From Gekko japonicus (Eukaryota): DNA of 63,985 nucleotides. The first letter of the stretch is position 1. Each line of letters opens with the position of its first letter. Location: NCBI RefSeq assembly GCF_001447785.1, contig NW_015165239.1:251735-315719 (forward strand), read 5' to 3'. The notes beneath the pieces were generated by a model, which was not told where the DNA came from, did not search any database, and saw nothing but the letters and a program-made list of their open reading frames with translations. Shown one piece after another: positions 1 through 13,586 of this stretch. Position numbers and translations under genes: made by a program.

Positions 1-433
1 TGGACTGGAGGAAAATCAGAAGATTTTATAAAGGTTTGAAAGCATCCAAGGCAAAGAGCACAGTATAGTTTGTTCACTATAACTTGTATTGAAAAAGGCG
101 AATAAAACATTGAGATCTATATCATGGTACATAAAAGTGTTGTCTTGAAGAGAGATTTTGTGAAAATAACATTTTACAAGTTTGTTGTGGGGAAGGGGAG
201 GGGATAGAACGTTGCTTTAGCTGTCACCAATTGAGAGGGTCGATTCAAACTTCATTATAACCATTAGCATACACTGTTCATCTACCCTAGTTGGATCAGT
301 GTGGATCTGTAACTGTAAACTAAACCACAGTATGCAACTCCATAGGAAGCTAAAGGATCAAGTGAATGTACAGCCAGTTATATCTCTCCTGCTTCATGCT
401 CTGGGAAAGCGGTGGTGGCTGGGGGGGACTCAC

Positions 434-571
434 CAGGATGTGGGCAAAGTGCTCCTCCAGCTCGCTGGCGCTGGGCATGGGCTTCTTGGGGGCAGCGGGC
501 TGCTTGGGGGGCAGCGGCGAGGAAGCGGTGCTCTGGGGAAGAATTATAGACTGCTGACGCTACTTTCCCCT
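434..571 (-). pseudogene. FMNL1: Degenerate FMNL1 (formin-like 1) coding exon 1
   Basis: Minus strand reads ...SSPLPPKQPAAPKKPMPSASELEEHFAHIL|GTGAGT, matching the recalled FMNL1 N-terminus PPPKQPAPPKQPMPAAGELEERFNRAL and ending at a phase-0 donor (GT at 433-432). Where ATG-GGN-AAY is expected (571-563) the sequence is AGG GGA AAG, followed by an in-frame TAG (562-560). Confidence 0.8.
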
Positions 572-860
572 CCTCCTCGCTCCAAAAGAGGAAGCTTTTT
601 CTCGCCGCCGCAGCTCTCCTTGCAGGGAACGACCTTGCCTGCAGCCCCCTTTGCGCTCAGTTGGGCACGGAGGCAGGAGGAGGAGACTGCAGGATGAACA
701 TGCTGCTGTTGGTGCTGCCGCCGCCCCGGCTCTTGCCACGGCTGCTTCCAGGCTGGGTGGGCGAGCTACTGCTGCACCGGCAGGGCTGCAGGCCCTCTCC
801 CCCAGGCCAGGGCCATGGCCAACTTTTGGCGCCCCCCCCCCGTGCCCACAGCAATTTTCA
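572..860 (-). promoter_or_regulatory. GC-rich 5'UTR/promoter remnant upstream of the FMNL1-like exon
   Basis: GC-rich tract with residual CpGs directly upstream of the exon on the minus strand, ending near the L1 fragment. Confidence 0.45.
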
Positions 861-984
861 GACATCAAAGGATTTTACCGTCCTGAGAGGGTACTGTACA
901 TAGTAGCTAATTTGGGCTAACCGAAGGGGGGGGGGTTAGCACTCCTCCCATGTGAGCTCTCCCAGCATGGATACTGCTTGGAGG

Positions 985-2910
985 CTTGCCAAACTCCCAA
1001 ATCTCTAGCAAGTTTTTGTAAAATCCAATTTTCTTATCTTTAGTAAATCTACATTCTGTTTATGCTCTTTGCCACCATTGTAGATCCTCTAGTGGTTTCA
1101 ATCGATCATCAGAGTCTAGTATTTCCAGATATCTTCTCTGTGTCTCTTCCTGGTAAACGTTTGGAAGTGTAATAGCTTCTAGGGGAACAGTTTTGAGTTT
1201 TTTCTATAGAATTGATTGTGTATATTTTCCCAGACTTTCATTAGGGAAGCCCATATCCAGTGTTGCTTAAAATATTTGTGAGTACTTGCCTTTCCGTGCC
1301 ATAAGAAGGCATGCCAGCTTAACAAGAGGTCATGGCCTTCCAATTTTAATATTCTCTTATCTTCCAATGTGACTCAGTCTTTAATCCACATTAATGCAGC
1401 TGCTCTGTAATAAAGATTCCAATTTGGTAGGCCGAAGCCCCCGCCTTTCTTTTAAGTCTTGTAGAGCTTTCAGTCTTATTCTGGGTCTCTTACTTTGCCA
1501 AATAAATTTTGATATCGGTTGGTCTAATTCCTTAAAAAAAATTGGTTTTGCAAGATGGGAATTGTTTGGAATAGGAACAGCCATTTTGGAAGTACATTCA
1601 TTTTAATTGTTGCAATATGTCCCATCAAAGTTATCTGTAGATCTTTCCATTTCTCTAAATCCTGTTTTGTCTTCTTCAACAGTTCTTTATAATTATTCTC
1701 TTGTAATGAACTGCATTTATTTGTCATTATAATTCCTAAATATTTTATTTTCTTCTGTAATTGAAAGCTTGAAGTTTCTTGTAGTTGAGTTGCCCGTTCC
1801 TCTTCCATATTTTTAATCAATATCTTAGTTTTACTGATATTTATTCTAAGGCCAGCTACAAGTCCATAGTCTCTGAGTTCTTGTTTCAAAATATGGATTG
1901 AGCCTAATGGATTCTCCAATATGAATATGTCCCTTTTTGAATTTCAATATGTTGTGTCTGTTCCCTATTAATCATTACAACCACCTTTTGTTTGTTATAG
2001 ATTACCTGAATCATCTTGACAAAGTTGGCGCCAGCCTGCTCCTCTTTTAGAGCTTCCAACATAAAGTTCCAGTTGACATTATCAAAGGCCTTTTCTGCAT
2101 CTAAGAATATCAGAGTGTGCTTCATAATATTCTATTACATCCAAAATACATCTTAAATTATTCTTGATTTTTCTTTTTAGCAAAAAAAACCCAGCTTCGT
2201 ATTTGATAATTTTTAAAAAATCTTTCAGCTAATATTGAAGCAAAGTTTTTATAGTCCACATTTAATAAAGAAATCGGTTTATAATTTTTAATTTCTTTTT
2301 CATCCAAATCTTGTTTATGAATTAATGAAATTATTGCTTCTTTCCATGATTCTGGAATTTCTCCATTGGCCAATATGTTGTTGCAAACATCTTTAAAATG
2401 TAATTGTAATTGTTCTTCAAATATAAGATAAAATTCTATCGGAAGTCCATCTTGGCCTGGTGCTTTGCCTTTATTTTGTCTTTTTAAGGCCTCTACCACC
2501 TCCATCATCACAATTGATTGATTAAGGGCCTCCCTTTGATTTTCTGTAAATTTCTTCGGTTGGTGCGTATTTGAATATTCTTTTATCTGTTCAATATTAA
2601 TATCAGCTTTTCTATATAGCTCTTTATAAAAGTTTTCTACTAAGGCTTTCATTTCTTGTATTCTGCTTATTTCTCATCCATCTCCTCTGTTCAAGGCTTT
2701 TATAAATGATTTTTCCTTTTGTTTCCTAATCTTATAAGCAAGCCATCTTGTTGGTTTATTTGCATTTTCAAAGAAGTTTTGCTTTGCAAATAGAAATTTT
2801 TTAGCCATTTCTTGTGATAGCAGGCAGTTCATTCTATGTTGCAATAGCTTAAGTTTAGATTTCGTCTCTAATACCGTTGAGTCCATCAAGAGCTTCCTTC
2901 TTGGATCTGA
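985..2910 (-). mobile_element. L1-clade LINE ORF2 fragment (RT region), frameshifted
   Basis: Successive minus ORFs: KAPGQDGLPIEFY, NYKPISLLNVDYK, FLDAEKAFDNVNW, GLRINISKTK, IKYLGI, IATIKMNVLPK. Confidence 0.9.
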
Positions 2911-2929
2911 ATGACTTTTTGCAACAATA

Positions 2930-3146
2930 ATTGGTTTTTCTCTACCCTAAGAAGTCTCAAAGTGGCTTACAATCACATTCTCTTCCTCTTCTCACAACAG
3001 TCACCTTGTGAGGTAGGTGGAGCTGAGAGAGTTCTGAGAGCTGTGATTGGCCCAAGGTCACCCAGCAGCCTTCATGTGGAGGAGTGGGGAATCCAGCTCT
3101 CCAGATTAGTGTCTGCTGCTCTTAACCACTACACCATGCTGCCTCT
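2930..3146 (-). mobile_element. tRNA-derived squamate SINE (Squam3-like)
   Basis: Similar to the copies at 16479-16704 and 32648-32925; tRNA-like head GGTGTAGTGGTTAAGA on the minus strand. Confidence 0.7.
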
Positions 3147-3841
3147 CAGCATGGGTCAGGTAGTAGTATATGTGAAAAGACTTTTGCTTGAAATCCTGGA
3201 GTGCTGCTACCAATCATAAGGGACAATATTGACCTTGATAGATCGGCAGTCTGAGTTCTCCCGGAATTACAGCCGATCTCCAGACAGCAGAGATTAGTTC
3301 CCCTGGAGAAAATGGCTGGATTGGAGGGTGGCCCCAAGGCATTATATCCTGGTAAGGTTGAGGTAGAATTTGAGTTCTGGCCCACATTTAACATAGTCTT
3401 CCCTGGGCTCACTAGTTTTGTGTTCCATTCTTTCTCCTTAAAATTATTACCAGGAAAGACAGCCCACCCCCCAATAACCAGGTGACAGGAGACAACACAA
3501 TTTAGCAGAAGGAAACTAAAAATGGTGATCAGTTGATCTTTCCATCTTCATTGGTAGTCAAGATTCTAAAATCAATGGCCCACATTGAGCAACTGAATGT
3601 CCTAGAGAAGGTAAGGGATATTCTGGCCTCTGTTTCAGTGCTACTTTTTTGTTATGACATTTTTTAAAATGCCTGTCATTCAAGCCAGTACTGCAGTGTA
3701 TGGAAATAGGGATGAAAAGCTTAGCCTCTGCTTCTCACTTGATCTGTGACATGGATCATGGGCAACAAGCCAGAGTGGCCTTTCCCCACTGATGTAGTTG
3801 TCATCCAACACATTTTCCCATAAAACCCATATCACTGCTGG

Positions 3842-4481
3842 TGTCATGGTCAGGTCTGGCACTGACTGCCCGTGGCAGTAGGAGATGTCCCCCCCTCCCG
3901 AAGACAAGCCTGCAGCCAGGCAGCAGAGCACTGAAGAGGCCAGGTGGGGAGGAGGGTGCCCTGACTCCAGATGACCCAGTAGGCTCCCTGAAGTAGTCCT
4001 GACCTACCTGGGGTGAGTGCGGCAGTGATGACGGGCCCCAGCCCCAGACTGAGACAGCGAGTAAGGGACGCCACATGGAGGAAGAGCCAGGCGGGAACAT
4101 GATGCCACCACACTGGGCTCCCCAAGAGAACCCTAGTCAAGCCCCTCACCTGATAGGTGGGGGCTAGACACACAGGGTGCACAGCCCCCCTCACCTGATA
4201 GGTGGGGGCTAGACACACAGGGTGCACAGCCCCCCTCTCTGGGCTGGCAGAGAGCCGCCTGGGGACCATCAAGGAGGTGCCACCCAACACGGAGGCAGAG
4301 AGCCACACTGAAGCAGCAGGAGGAACACTTCCTGGTTTCTTGCCCAACTTGACGTCGGGTGAAATATGAAGGGGGCATAGGGTGGAAAGCCAGGAGGGAG
4401 GGGGAGGGGGAGAGGCTAGGTATGAGAGCAGGCTGAATAGCGAGGTTGGGAAGGAAGGAGACTGCTGGAGGGGGAATGGCC

Positions 4482-4534
<53 letters not shown>

Positions 4535-4720
4535 CAGAGAGACAGAGAGAGAGCTTGATACCACAGCAGGCAGGTAGAAAGGGGGCAGAAGGTAATGTAA
4601 CCACCCCCCTGCTATTCTGAGACCTCATGTTCCCTGCCAGTATACTGGCCACTAGCCCCCTTCCTCTTGGAGGCAATGGTGACTGGGGGATGATCCCCGG
4701 GCCCAGGGAGGAGGGTGACA
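3842..4720. mobile_element. Putative solo LTR
   Basis: TGTCA...TGACA termini; flanks GCTGG/GCTGA (4 of 5 match); GC-rich body with an internal tandem duplication (~4140-4235) and an (AG)n tract. Confidence 0.5.
4484..4553. repeat. (AG)n/(AGAGAC)n microsatellite
   Basis: Seen directly in the sequence. Confidence 0.95.
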
Positions 4721-4839
4721 GCTGAAGTGCACATTACTATTGATACAAGATTATTATTGATACAGTTTATTAATTTGGACCTCTTGACAGAGACATATTT
4801 GTATAAAACCTGTTAACAGTGTCATACAGTGATGTGTTG

Positions 4840-5199
4840 TGTGGTGTCTTTGGAAAAGACATATGTGAATCGCCACATTCACTTTCAATGTTAAGCTCGA
4901 GACAAGGAAGGCTCCTCCGAGCTAACTTATCATTGGTCGGCCCGCAACAGCGACCCATCAGAATGGGACTAATTCCCTGAGAGGGAAGAACACTCATTGG
5001 ACTTTATCTACACAACATCATTGGTTGTTATCTGCGAGTAGGCGTGGCTACGTTAGCCCGGGAATGTTTAAAAGAAGCCTAGCTCCCAATGTAAAACTGT
5101 TCTGGTTATGACTTATTGCAAGCGCTTGTTCGTACCGACAATAAAGCTGTTCACTTTGTTGAAATCACTCTCCGGATCTTTGTTAGCGGCGATCTAACA
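4840..5199 (+). mobile_element. Gypsy solo LTR related to the 3' LTR at 29420-29782
   Basis: TG...CA ends; perfect 5-bp TSD TGTTG (4835-4839 / 5200-5204); shares TCATTGGTTGTTAT, TAGGCGTGGCTAC, ATGTTTAAAAG and AATAAAGCTG blocks with the Gypsy LTR; 360 bp. Confidence 0.85.
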
Positions 5200-5725
5200 T
5201 GTTGCATTATGCTTATGAAGCTGAATTAGCATTTGAATCTATCCACCAACCTTTGTTAGATGTCCTCTAGGAATAATATGACAACTGAGCATCACCAGGC
5301 TCAGGCAGCATGAGAATAAATCCTAGTGTTCAGACCTCTGTATTCCCCTCCCAGCCAGAAATTGGAAATATTTATGTTTAGTTTGATGCTAATGATGAAG
5401 CAAAGCCTCCATAGAGCAAGAGAGTGGAAGAATTATTTGCACTTTTGGTTTGGGGCAGAAATGTTTGAAGCGTAAGAGTATACCCTTGTAAAAAGAAAAG
5501 AATGCCTTGAACGCAGCAAAGGGATTTAGCAGTGAGTGATATAGATGTATAATCAGGTAAATGGGTAATCTGAATTTTGAATTTCCCCCCCCACGTGGTA
5601 ACTGGGCAGCCCCAGTGTGATCATTTCTCAAGAACAAGTTCCATGTTGGCTGCTGTCCTTTTCTGCCTCTGCACTATACGGGGTACGTTAGAAGTGTAGT
5701 TTGTTGGTATTCCAGAGGGGGCAAA

Positions 5726-5973
5726 TAGGGTTGCCAGATGCCCCTGGCTACTGGCAGGGGGGGATGAGAGGTAGAGTTGACAGATCCAGGTTGGGAAACT
5801 CCTGAAGATTTGGGGATGGAGCCTGGGGAGGACAGGGACATCGGTGGGATACAATGCCATAGAGTCCACCTTCCACAACATCCATTTTCTCCAAGGGAAC
5901 TGATCTCTGTAGTCTGGAGATAAGATGTAATTCCGGGGGATCCCCTGGCCCCAACTGGAGGCTCGCATCCCTA
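5726..5973. mobile_element. Non-autonomous DNA transposon (TAGGGTTGCCA-TIR MITE family, hAT-like)
   Basis: TAGGGTTGCCA...GCATCCCTA termini; body shared with copies near 24930, 35880, 46360, 53060, 53550 and 56820. Confidence 0.7.
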
Positions 5974-7179
5974 GGCAATAGTCTCCCCTCTGTGGTGATG
6001 AATGCTAAAATGCCTGAACAGAAAAAATTGCTGTTAAGTTGCTAAGCCCTTGTGATGTTGACTTGTTCATGAGAAGCCAGATACTTAACAGCTTCCTGGG
6101 GGAGATGCAAGAGGTAGAGCCAAGGAGCAGCTGAATTCCAGCATTTGTTTTGTTTGGGAATTATGGCTGGAAATCTGAACCTGCATTTCAGAACTGTGTA
6201 TGTACTCCATTGATGTGGGTAAGGCCCAGTTTGTTGGTCCTATCCACAGACCCATTCTCCAAATCCCTTCTTTGGTTCTTAGCTCAGGAGCATCATCTTT
6301 GGCTTGAGGACTGTTTTGTAATGCATGGCATAGTGGAACCACTGAAGGGAACTGCAGGCCTTCAGTTCTCTGACAGTTTCCTATTTGCTATCCACTAGAC
6401 AGATGTGTTCCCAAGTAGAAGCAAATGCTAATGCCGTGCATAAATGCATTGAGTGCTGAACATTTTTTATTTTACATTGTCACTTTATTTCAAAGGTCAT
6501 ATCCAAGGTTGGAAAAGTCACTGCTTTGTTTGGAGTGTGTCCAGTGGCCCTGAAGACCATTGGCAGTCTTCTTTCATCATGTTAATTCATCCATATATTC
6601 CACTAAGGATGACAGCACAAATTACAATGCTCCACACAGGATACCATTAATCATAAGCAAGTAACTTATTGCCAGTTATTAGCTGTTCACCTTGAAAGCC
6701 TATGAATACAAAAGAAAATTATCCTAATGTTCTGTTCTGAAGATTAATTGAAAATGTGGTAGGTAAATTCACAGGGTCATTAACCTAAAGATGAGGATAT
6801 GCCCCCTCCTTTTTTTCTTATCTGAAAGTTTGGGTTAGATGTTAGTTACACATTATGGTTTGACTTTTACATGGCGTAATAGTGATATTATGAGCAACTT
6901 TCCCTATACCCTCTGCTTAAACTTGTCTGATCAGTGATATGGCAATAAATATATGTTAGAGCTATCGAATTATTTTATAGAAATATATTTATCTTCAGAC
7001 TCAAATTGCTATTCCCCCCCCCAACATACCCTAATAGATAATCGAAAAGCATAGTTGAGCAGTTTTTAAGGGCCAGCAGACATTTCCCCCCCTGATCTTT
7101 ACAGTTACAGACCAGCAAAGTAAAACATACATGAACAGAGTGACTACAAGAACAGATGTACAATATTCCATTTTATAAT

Positions 7180-7525
7180 TTTCCATTATAATATTGATAG
7201 GCTGGAAAACTGGGCTAAAACTAACAAACTGAATGTCAGCAGAGATAAATGTAAAGTTCTGCATTTAGGTAGGAAAAATCAATTGGGGGAGACTTGTCTT
7301 GGCAGTAGTAGTTGGGAAAGGAGCTAGGTGTCTTAGTAGACCATGCACTGAACATGAGTCAGCAGTGTGATGAGGCAGCTAAAAAGGCAAATGCAATTGT
7401 GGGCTGCATCAACAGCAGTATAGTGTCCAGGTCACACCAACAGACCGAACAGTTTCTCAATGGAACAGGCTTTCTCAGGAACTGATGGGCTCTCCTCCTT
7501 TGGAGGTTTTTAAGAAGAGGCAAGA
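7180..7525 (+). mobile_element. CR1 LINE 3' fragment
   Basis: Typical CR1 RT C-terminal sequence (LENWAKTN..., KCKVLHLGRKN, ELGVLVD, AAKKANAIVGCIN). Confidence 0.75.
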
Positions 7526-10500
7526 TGTTCTGTGAATTCTGGCAAATTATGAGACAGAGGGCAGGAAGGGATATGTTGGTGGTCAGCTCTCATGGCGCAC
7601 TTGGGGGGGGGAAGCTTTCGAATATGCTATTATTTTTATGGCTTTATAATAGGCCCATAATATTCATTTGTTTTGTTCATCCACACAACAGCCATGGGAG
7701 GTGGGTCTGTATTCCTTTCCATTTGACAGACTGAAGACTAAGACTGAATATTAGCAATTTCTTACAGGTTGAGAGAATGGCATGTATTAATGGGGAATCT
7801 TGGTTTTCCAATTTCATGTGCTCATAACCATTGGATTATGTTCATGTTCTCATATCATTTTTTAAACAATGTTTCTACATTTATTTTAAAGATGCGTTCT
7901 TGGATAAAATATTTGAGGAACATAATAATGGAACTTTAACTGACATGTAGTTTCACCCTAACTCTGTGACTGTTGCCACCCCAGATTGTAGCAATGAATG
8001 TCATTTATGCCTTGTAGGAAAAGTGAATGTTTCAAGCCTTGGTAGCTTGAATTTGTTTTTGTTCTGTCTCTGCTTGGGAAGTCTAAGGCAGAGGAAGAAA
8101 AGATCAGTTCAGAAAATGGGGTATAACAGCAGTGCAGCAACTATGTCAAATGTTTGGTAGTTCTTACAAAGGAAAATAAACTGAGGGTTTGATGTTTGGG
8201 ATGCAGTCCCCTCCTTAGTCTTGTATTCATTTTCTTCCAAACCTGCTTTGAAACAAGGTTTGGTGTTATGGGTGTGAAACCTAGTGAGGCTGTTTAGGTA
8301 TCAGCTCTCTTCTCTGGTCACTTTCAAATTGGATTTGTACCAGAGTTTTGCTGCCAAAGTGCATTATGGAGGGGCTGCTTTGCCTTTGCAGGCTGTGACT
8401 TTTGTAGTGCATTCCTTTTAAGGGCTGACGCCCACTTTCCCTTCTCCTTCTTTTGCAATGTTGTCTGAAATCTCTATTCTCCCCAAGTTTTAGAGAAAGC
8501 CAAGGCAGTGATACAGAAATATTGGGGTAAGTTAGCAATATGAAAGAGCCTGAAGACTAACTTCAAACAGTCAACAACAATGCCAGTTATTAGGCCATAT
8601 AAAATTGAAGACATCTGTTTTAGATACCGTATTATACCTTTGAGGGTTTGAGTTTTCTAGGTCACCAGGTGTGTAGGTTGTCCAACATTTATTTACCAAC
8701 ATTAAAAATAAGTACAATCCTTAACAGTGTTGCAGCCTTCTAAATCCATTGAAGTCAATGGGCTTGGAAGGGTATAACTCTTTAGAATGGCACAATGAGA
8801 TTGCCATTTCAAAACAGCCCAGAGCTTTTCTCTGCTGCACTTCTGAATCTATAGCGAGCCACAAGAGGAAGATTCCTTTTCCTTCACCTTCTGATAATTC
8901 GGTAACCAATTCCCAATGACAACAAAGTGCAGGTACTGCTATTTGCCTATGTGGCACTCCAGGCTCATGTATAGATAAGCACCTTTTTTCGGGGGTTGGG
9001 GATTCTATTCATAACATACAGAACACCTGCAGAGTGCTGTCTAAGGTGCTTATTATGAAAGTTAAAAATAAAAGGGCACTTGCTTTTTTGAAAAGATAGA
9101 TAAAATGTTAATACAATGTGAGAAAAGAATTCTCTGGAATTAAAGCCTTGAAGAGCGGAGAATTGTCAACCTTTCTACATCCTATTATCTCTTATTTTAA
9201 AAAGTGTCAGTTTCTTCCATGGCTCCAACTCCATAAGGAGCTTTAAATAGACTTCACTTTACTGGCTTGTGGGATGTGTGCCCCGTCCTTCTTCTATTAA
9301 CATTACTGTCCAATAAAGCAAAGCAGAACTTTATGCAAAACAATTATTACAAACTGATGATTTTTTAAAAAAAATGCAGCGGAAGGAATCTGAATCACCA
9401 ATATGCCATATCCTCCAAAATATGGATCTCTGAAAGGGAGGCACTTGAAGTTCAATCCAAAGCATTACTTACCCAGAAAGAATTCCAGCTGGGTTCAAGT
9501 GAAACTTTTAAGTGTGCATAGGATTACTATTTCAGTAGGATTACTATTATCAATTACTATTATCAATGGGATTGACTAATTCTTATGGTCAATGACCTTC
9601 AGAAATGAACACAATAAACATTAAGATAAAAAATGCAATACTATAAATTTATATACTAAGAGTCCTTGTTACAACATTAAGATTTAAAAGGTGCAATGTC
9701 CATTCTGTTTCTCCAATGAGACTCGGAAAGATCTTGTTTTAGTACAGTACTTTTCAACTTTCACTATAGTCTGATGTGACGTACCTATAAGGAGTACAGT
9801 AAGATAAAAAAATTTCATCTCTTCCTGAGAATTTTCATAATGACAGAGATAAAAGATGATCACACATGTCTTTGTACAAAGGACAGTATAAAAGGACATG
9901 CACTATTGATTCAACACCTTGGGAACCACAAGGACAGGATCCAGGCTCTTTCAATGGGATGTAATTAATTCATTTTAAATAAAGGTATGCTTGGGAGGGG
10001 AGATTGCAATGTGACCACAACTGATTATTCCTTTTGAAGCGATGTCTAAAAATCAACTTTCTAGGAGCAGTAGTTAGGCAAGAAGTAGAGAATGTGGGTG
10101 CAGAATGCAGGCACAAAAATATCTTCATTGTTAATCATGGTGCCCTAGACATGGGATTGTCACTCTTCAGAGCCCATTCCAGTTCACCCTGTTCATCCAC
10201 GGAGGGCAATGTGGTGGAATGAGCATAATTCTGGATTGGCTGAATTAGCCCTCAGTGATGATATTACAATGGCTGATCTAGCTGACCACATGACATTGGG
10301 ACATGATGGTCCCTTTGATTCCTGATTGGATAGGATCATGTAGTGAATAAAAATGGAAGCCTTATTTACATTGCATTGGAATGGGGTGGGCAAGCCTACA
10401 GCAGCAGATTGCCTGGGAGGCAATCCCTCTCACTGCCGAGATAGCACACTTCTCATGTAAATAAAGTTGTGTGAAAACAATTGTTCCAGCCCTAATTTTG

Positions 10501-12852
10501 TATATTTTAAATATACTGAACACTTCCCTAGTTTCCCAGCCATCAGCCTTTTGGTTTCCATGCAGCTTTCTGTATCTGCCTCCTCCTTTCCACCGGTAAC
10601 ATATTCTATTACTCTTGAGCAGTGTATCAAGGTTTTCCCAGCCATGACGTGTCATTACTGATCTACTGGGCTCAAGTTGTTGCATCGTGAAGTCCATGCT
10701 TTTATGAAATGTAGTTCTGTTGGAAAGATGATAATGTTACTGACTCTGACCAGTTCCCAAATTTGCTTCATGACAATTTTCTATGGATCTTTCCCGCAAA
10801 CAATCCACAGTCTTGCTAATTAACTAGCCCCTTGTTTTATGATTTATTCAGTTCCTCTATACCTCTCAAGGGTCATCTAAGGGACAAGCGTTATTCCTAT
10901 CCCTTCAAAGATTTTCCTTTGATATTTTAATCATTAGAAATGGTGTCCAACAGGACAACAAGGTGTCAGATAATGTTCAACCCATCTGTGGCTTCCCCTC
11001 AGATGCCTGGAAGTAGGTTGACTGAACGCCCAAAGCCATTGTTTCTCATTCCAGAAGTACATTCTCATGCTATGATACCTACTAGCCTGACAAGTATCAG
11101 AATTAGGCCTCTTTTTTCTAGGGCTGTAAGAACTTTATTACTGTAGAAAGATCCCAAAACTACTAATCCTAGTTAAACCCTCAGTACAAACTTGATTGCT
11201 TTTATGCTTAAATGTTTAAATTAGACTGACCTTCACGGGGGTATGGGCAAAAGGCATACAAAGAAGACACTGCTTCAAAAGACCCCGCTTGCAATAGGGA
11301 ATCATCACATGACAGTGGCACATCTTCCACTCGATAGAATTTAGAAAAGCCATGAATCCTCTTAAGCAGACTTGGGCAAGCTGCTGTTCTTCTCTAACTG
11401 CTGCTCTTCATCTCTGGTAAGATTTACTAATATTCCCAAATGCCATATAAATGCTTGAGAGTTATTGTGGGAACAGCTTTTAGCATGCAGTTGTGAGCTA
11501 GGAGGAATAAATAAGAAAGATGATTTTGCTTTTCAAGCATAAAAAGGTAGCATTAGGAGATGAAACTGTGTATTATTCGTGGCACATAATAATTCTCAGC
11601 TGGATGGAAGGGGAACCATGCTGCAGAGTTTGCCTTCTACGCCCGCCACTTCAGCGCAAGTGCCTGAAAGCACAAGCCATGATTTTTCTTCCCCCTTTCC
11701 CCCCTCTCATCAATTTGTTTGTTCAAATTTACTCACATTAAGCAAGCTGCTGCATCCAAACTACCTAATTTACTCTGAGATGAATATAAATATGAATATT
11801 ACTTTGTTTGGGAAATGTGTCAGACTTTTTTTGGTGTTTTGTTTATCTGTGTACATTGAAAAGCTTGAAAGATTTTTTCTTCTTCCCCGCAGTGCTTCCA
11901 CGCACATTCTCGGAGTGAGAGAAATTATTATTTACTGCAGCTGTGATGAGCTTAGCCTACGATAACATACTGCTAGATAATTGGGTCTTCAGGTTTTGCA
12001 GACAGTAGAAACTTCCAGTGACTTATAGGCTTCTGACAATGTTGTTGCTGTCTCAATAAATTATCTCAAGGTAAGGAATGGGTTGCTAGGTCCCGTAATG
12101 CAACATTCCAAATGCATCTGTCCTCAGATATCAAAGGCAGGCACCTGGAAATACAAATATAGTTTGGTTAATGTTTCTAAGCATGCATCATTTATTTAGT
12201 CAACTATTTCCAGCCCACTGGGGAGGCAAATAAGTAGGATGATTTTTTTATACATGGTTTAGCTAAGATGATAATTAATACCTGCTAGTAAGTATCTATC
12301 ATGCTTTGAAAATGCATCAACAGGTTGGAGTCAAAGAAATTAATTCCAGGGGACGACCAGTATGGTGTGATCCTCCCACTAGCCAAAGAACTGACAGGTG
12401 CTGGGAGTTTGGTACCCTTTCTCCTAAGTAGAAGCCCATCACAACAGCCTGGTACAGAAGGAGCAAGGGGGTAGAGTAGCTTGATTCCATCCTTTGGCCA
12501 GTATGGCATCTGGGAGCTGGAGCCTTCTGCCAGTCAGAGGCCTTTCCGCAATCTGAGGGTAAAGTCTCCAGGACTTTGACCCACAACCACTTTCTCCCCA
12601 TCCCAGATGGTGACCAGCTGTTTTCTGGATTTCTGCAAAAGCCTCTAGCTAAGTTGGAACACTTCATACATTTTTAGGGAAAGCTCTAATGCTTCTCTCC
12701 CCCCACCCTTCTGTTTTTATATTTATTACTCCACCCTGTTTCATGGGCCAAGGGCAAATTATGGAGATTTCTTCAAAGTACTGTCCCCAAGAGGTTTGCA
12801 ATTTAATCCTCAGAGTATGGATGGGTCGACTGGAAAAAAAATAGTTCCATTT

Positions 12853-12908
12853 NNNNNNNNNNNNNNNNNNNNNNNNNNNNNNNNNNNNNNNNNNNNNNNN
12901 NNNNNNNN
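12853..12908. other. Assembly gap (56 N)
   Basis: Run of N. Confidence 1.
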
Positions 12909-13586
12909 AACATATGCTGTGTTTGAGTTCCATTAAGTTCCTACCCTGTTCTCAAACCACAGTGCAAAAGTAAAACCTGCTGTTTGGCTCCTAGCCTTCC
13001 AGAGACATTTCCATCAGCAGCTATTCCTTTCTGCTGCGTCAGTGGGAGAGATGAGTAAGCTGGGCTTCTTCTATTTACAAAATGCCTCTTGGCTCCTCTT
13101 CTTCCACAGTTTTCTCCTTGTCATTCCGTTATAATACCATTTCATGTTATATGATATGTAACCACTGTGTAGCACCATATTAGTTTTGGGACCTGAGTTT
13201 GCTTGTTTTCAACCCAAAGTATATTGTCAGAAAGGATATATGGAACTGTTTCCTGGGAGGGGTTTATCTTGTTGTGGAAAAGAGAGAGGACTCCAGTTAT
13301 ACTTGATGTAGAAGAAGAAGAAAAAGAGATTGGATTTACACCCTGCCCTTCACTACCTAAAGGAGTCTCAGGCTGCAATCACACACACTCAATAATACAC
13401 TTTTTTTTTGGCCCCCCGAAGGGGATTTTTTTATTGCTTTTCTAATAACTACAAACAGAAAATTAGGAAAGGGAAACTACAATCTAAGGGAGAAAGTAAA
13501 GAAAACCCTGATCATACATACATTTGCAAAATTACCTTTAAGCTTAAACACAAGTTAACTTTAGTTGAAAATGATCATCTATCTAT

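Noticed and set aside
299-920. Listed ORFs around the first GC-rich island
   Set aside because: They are shadow frames; the recognisable frame is the unlisted minus-strand FMNL1 exon.
9684-9784. Possible minus-strand terminal exon (GTSHQTIVKVEKYC...CTF*)
   Set aside because: Plausible acceptor, but no recognisable homology or partner exons.
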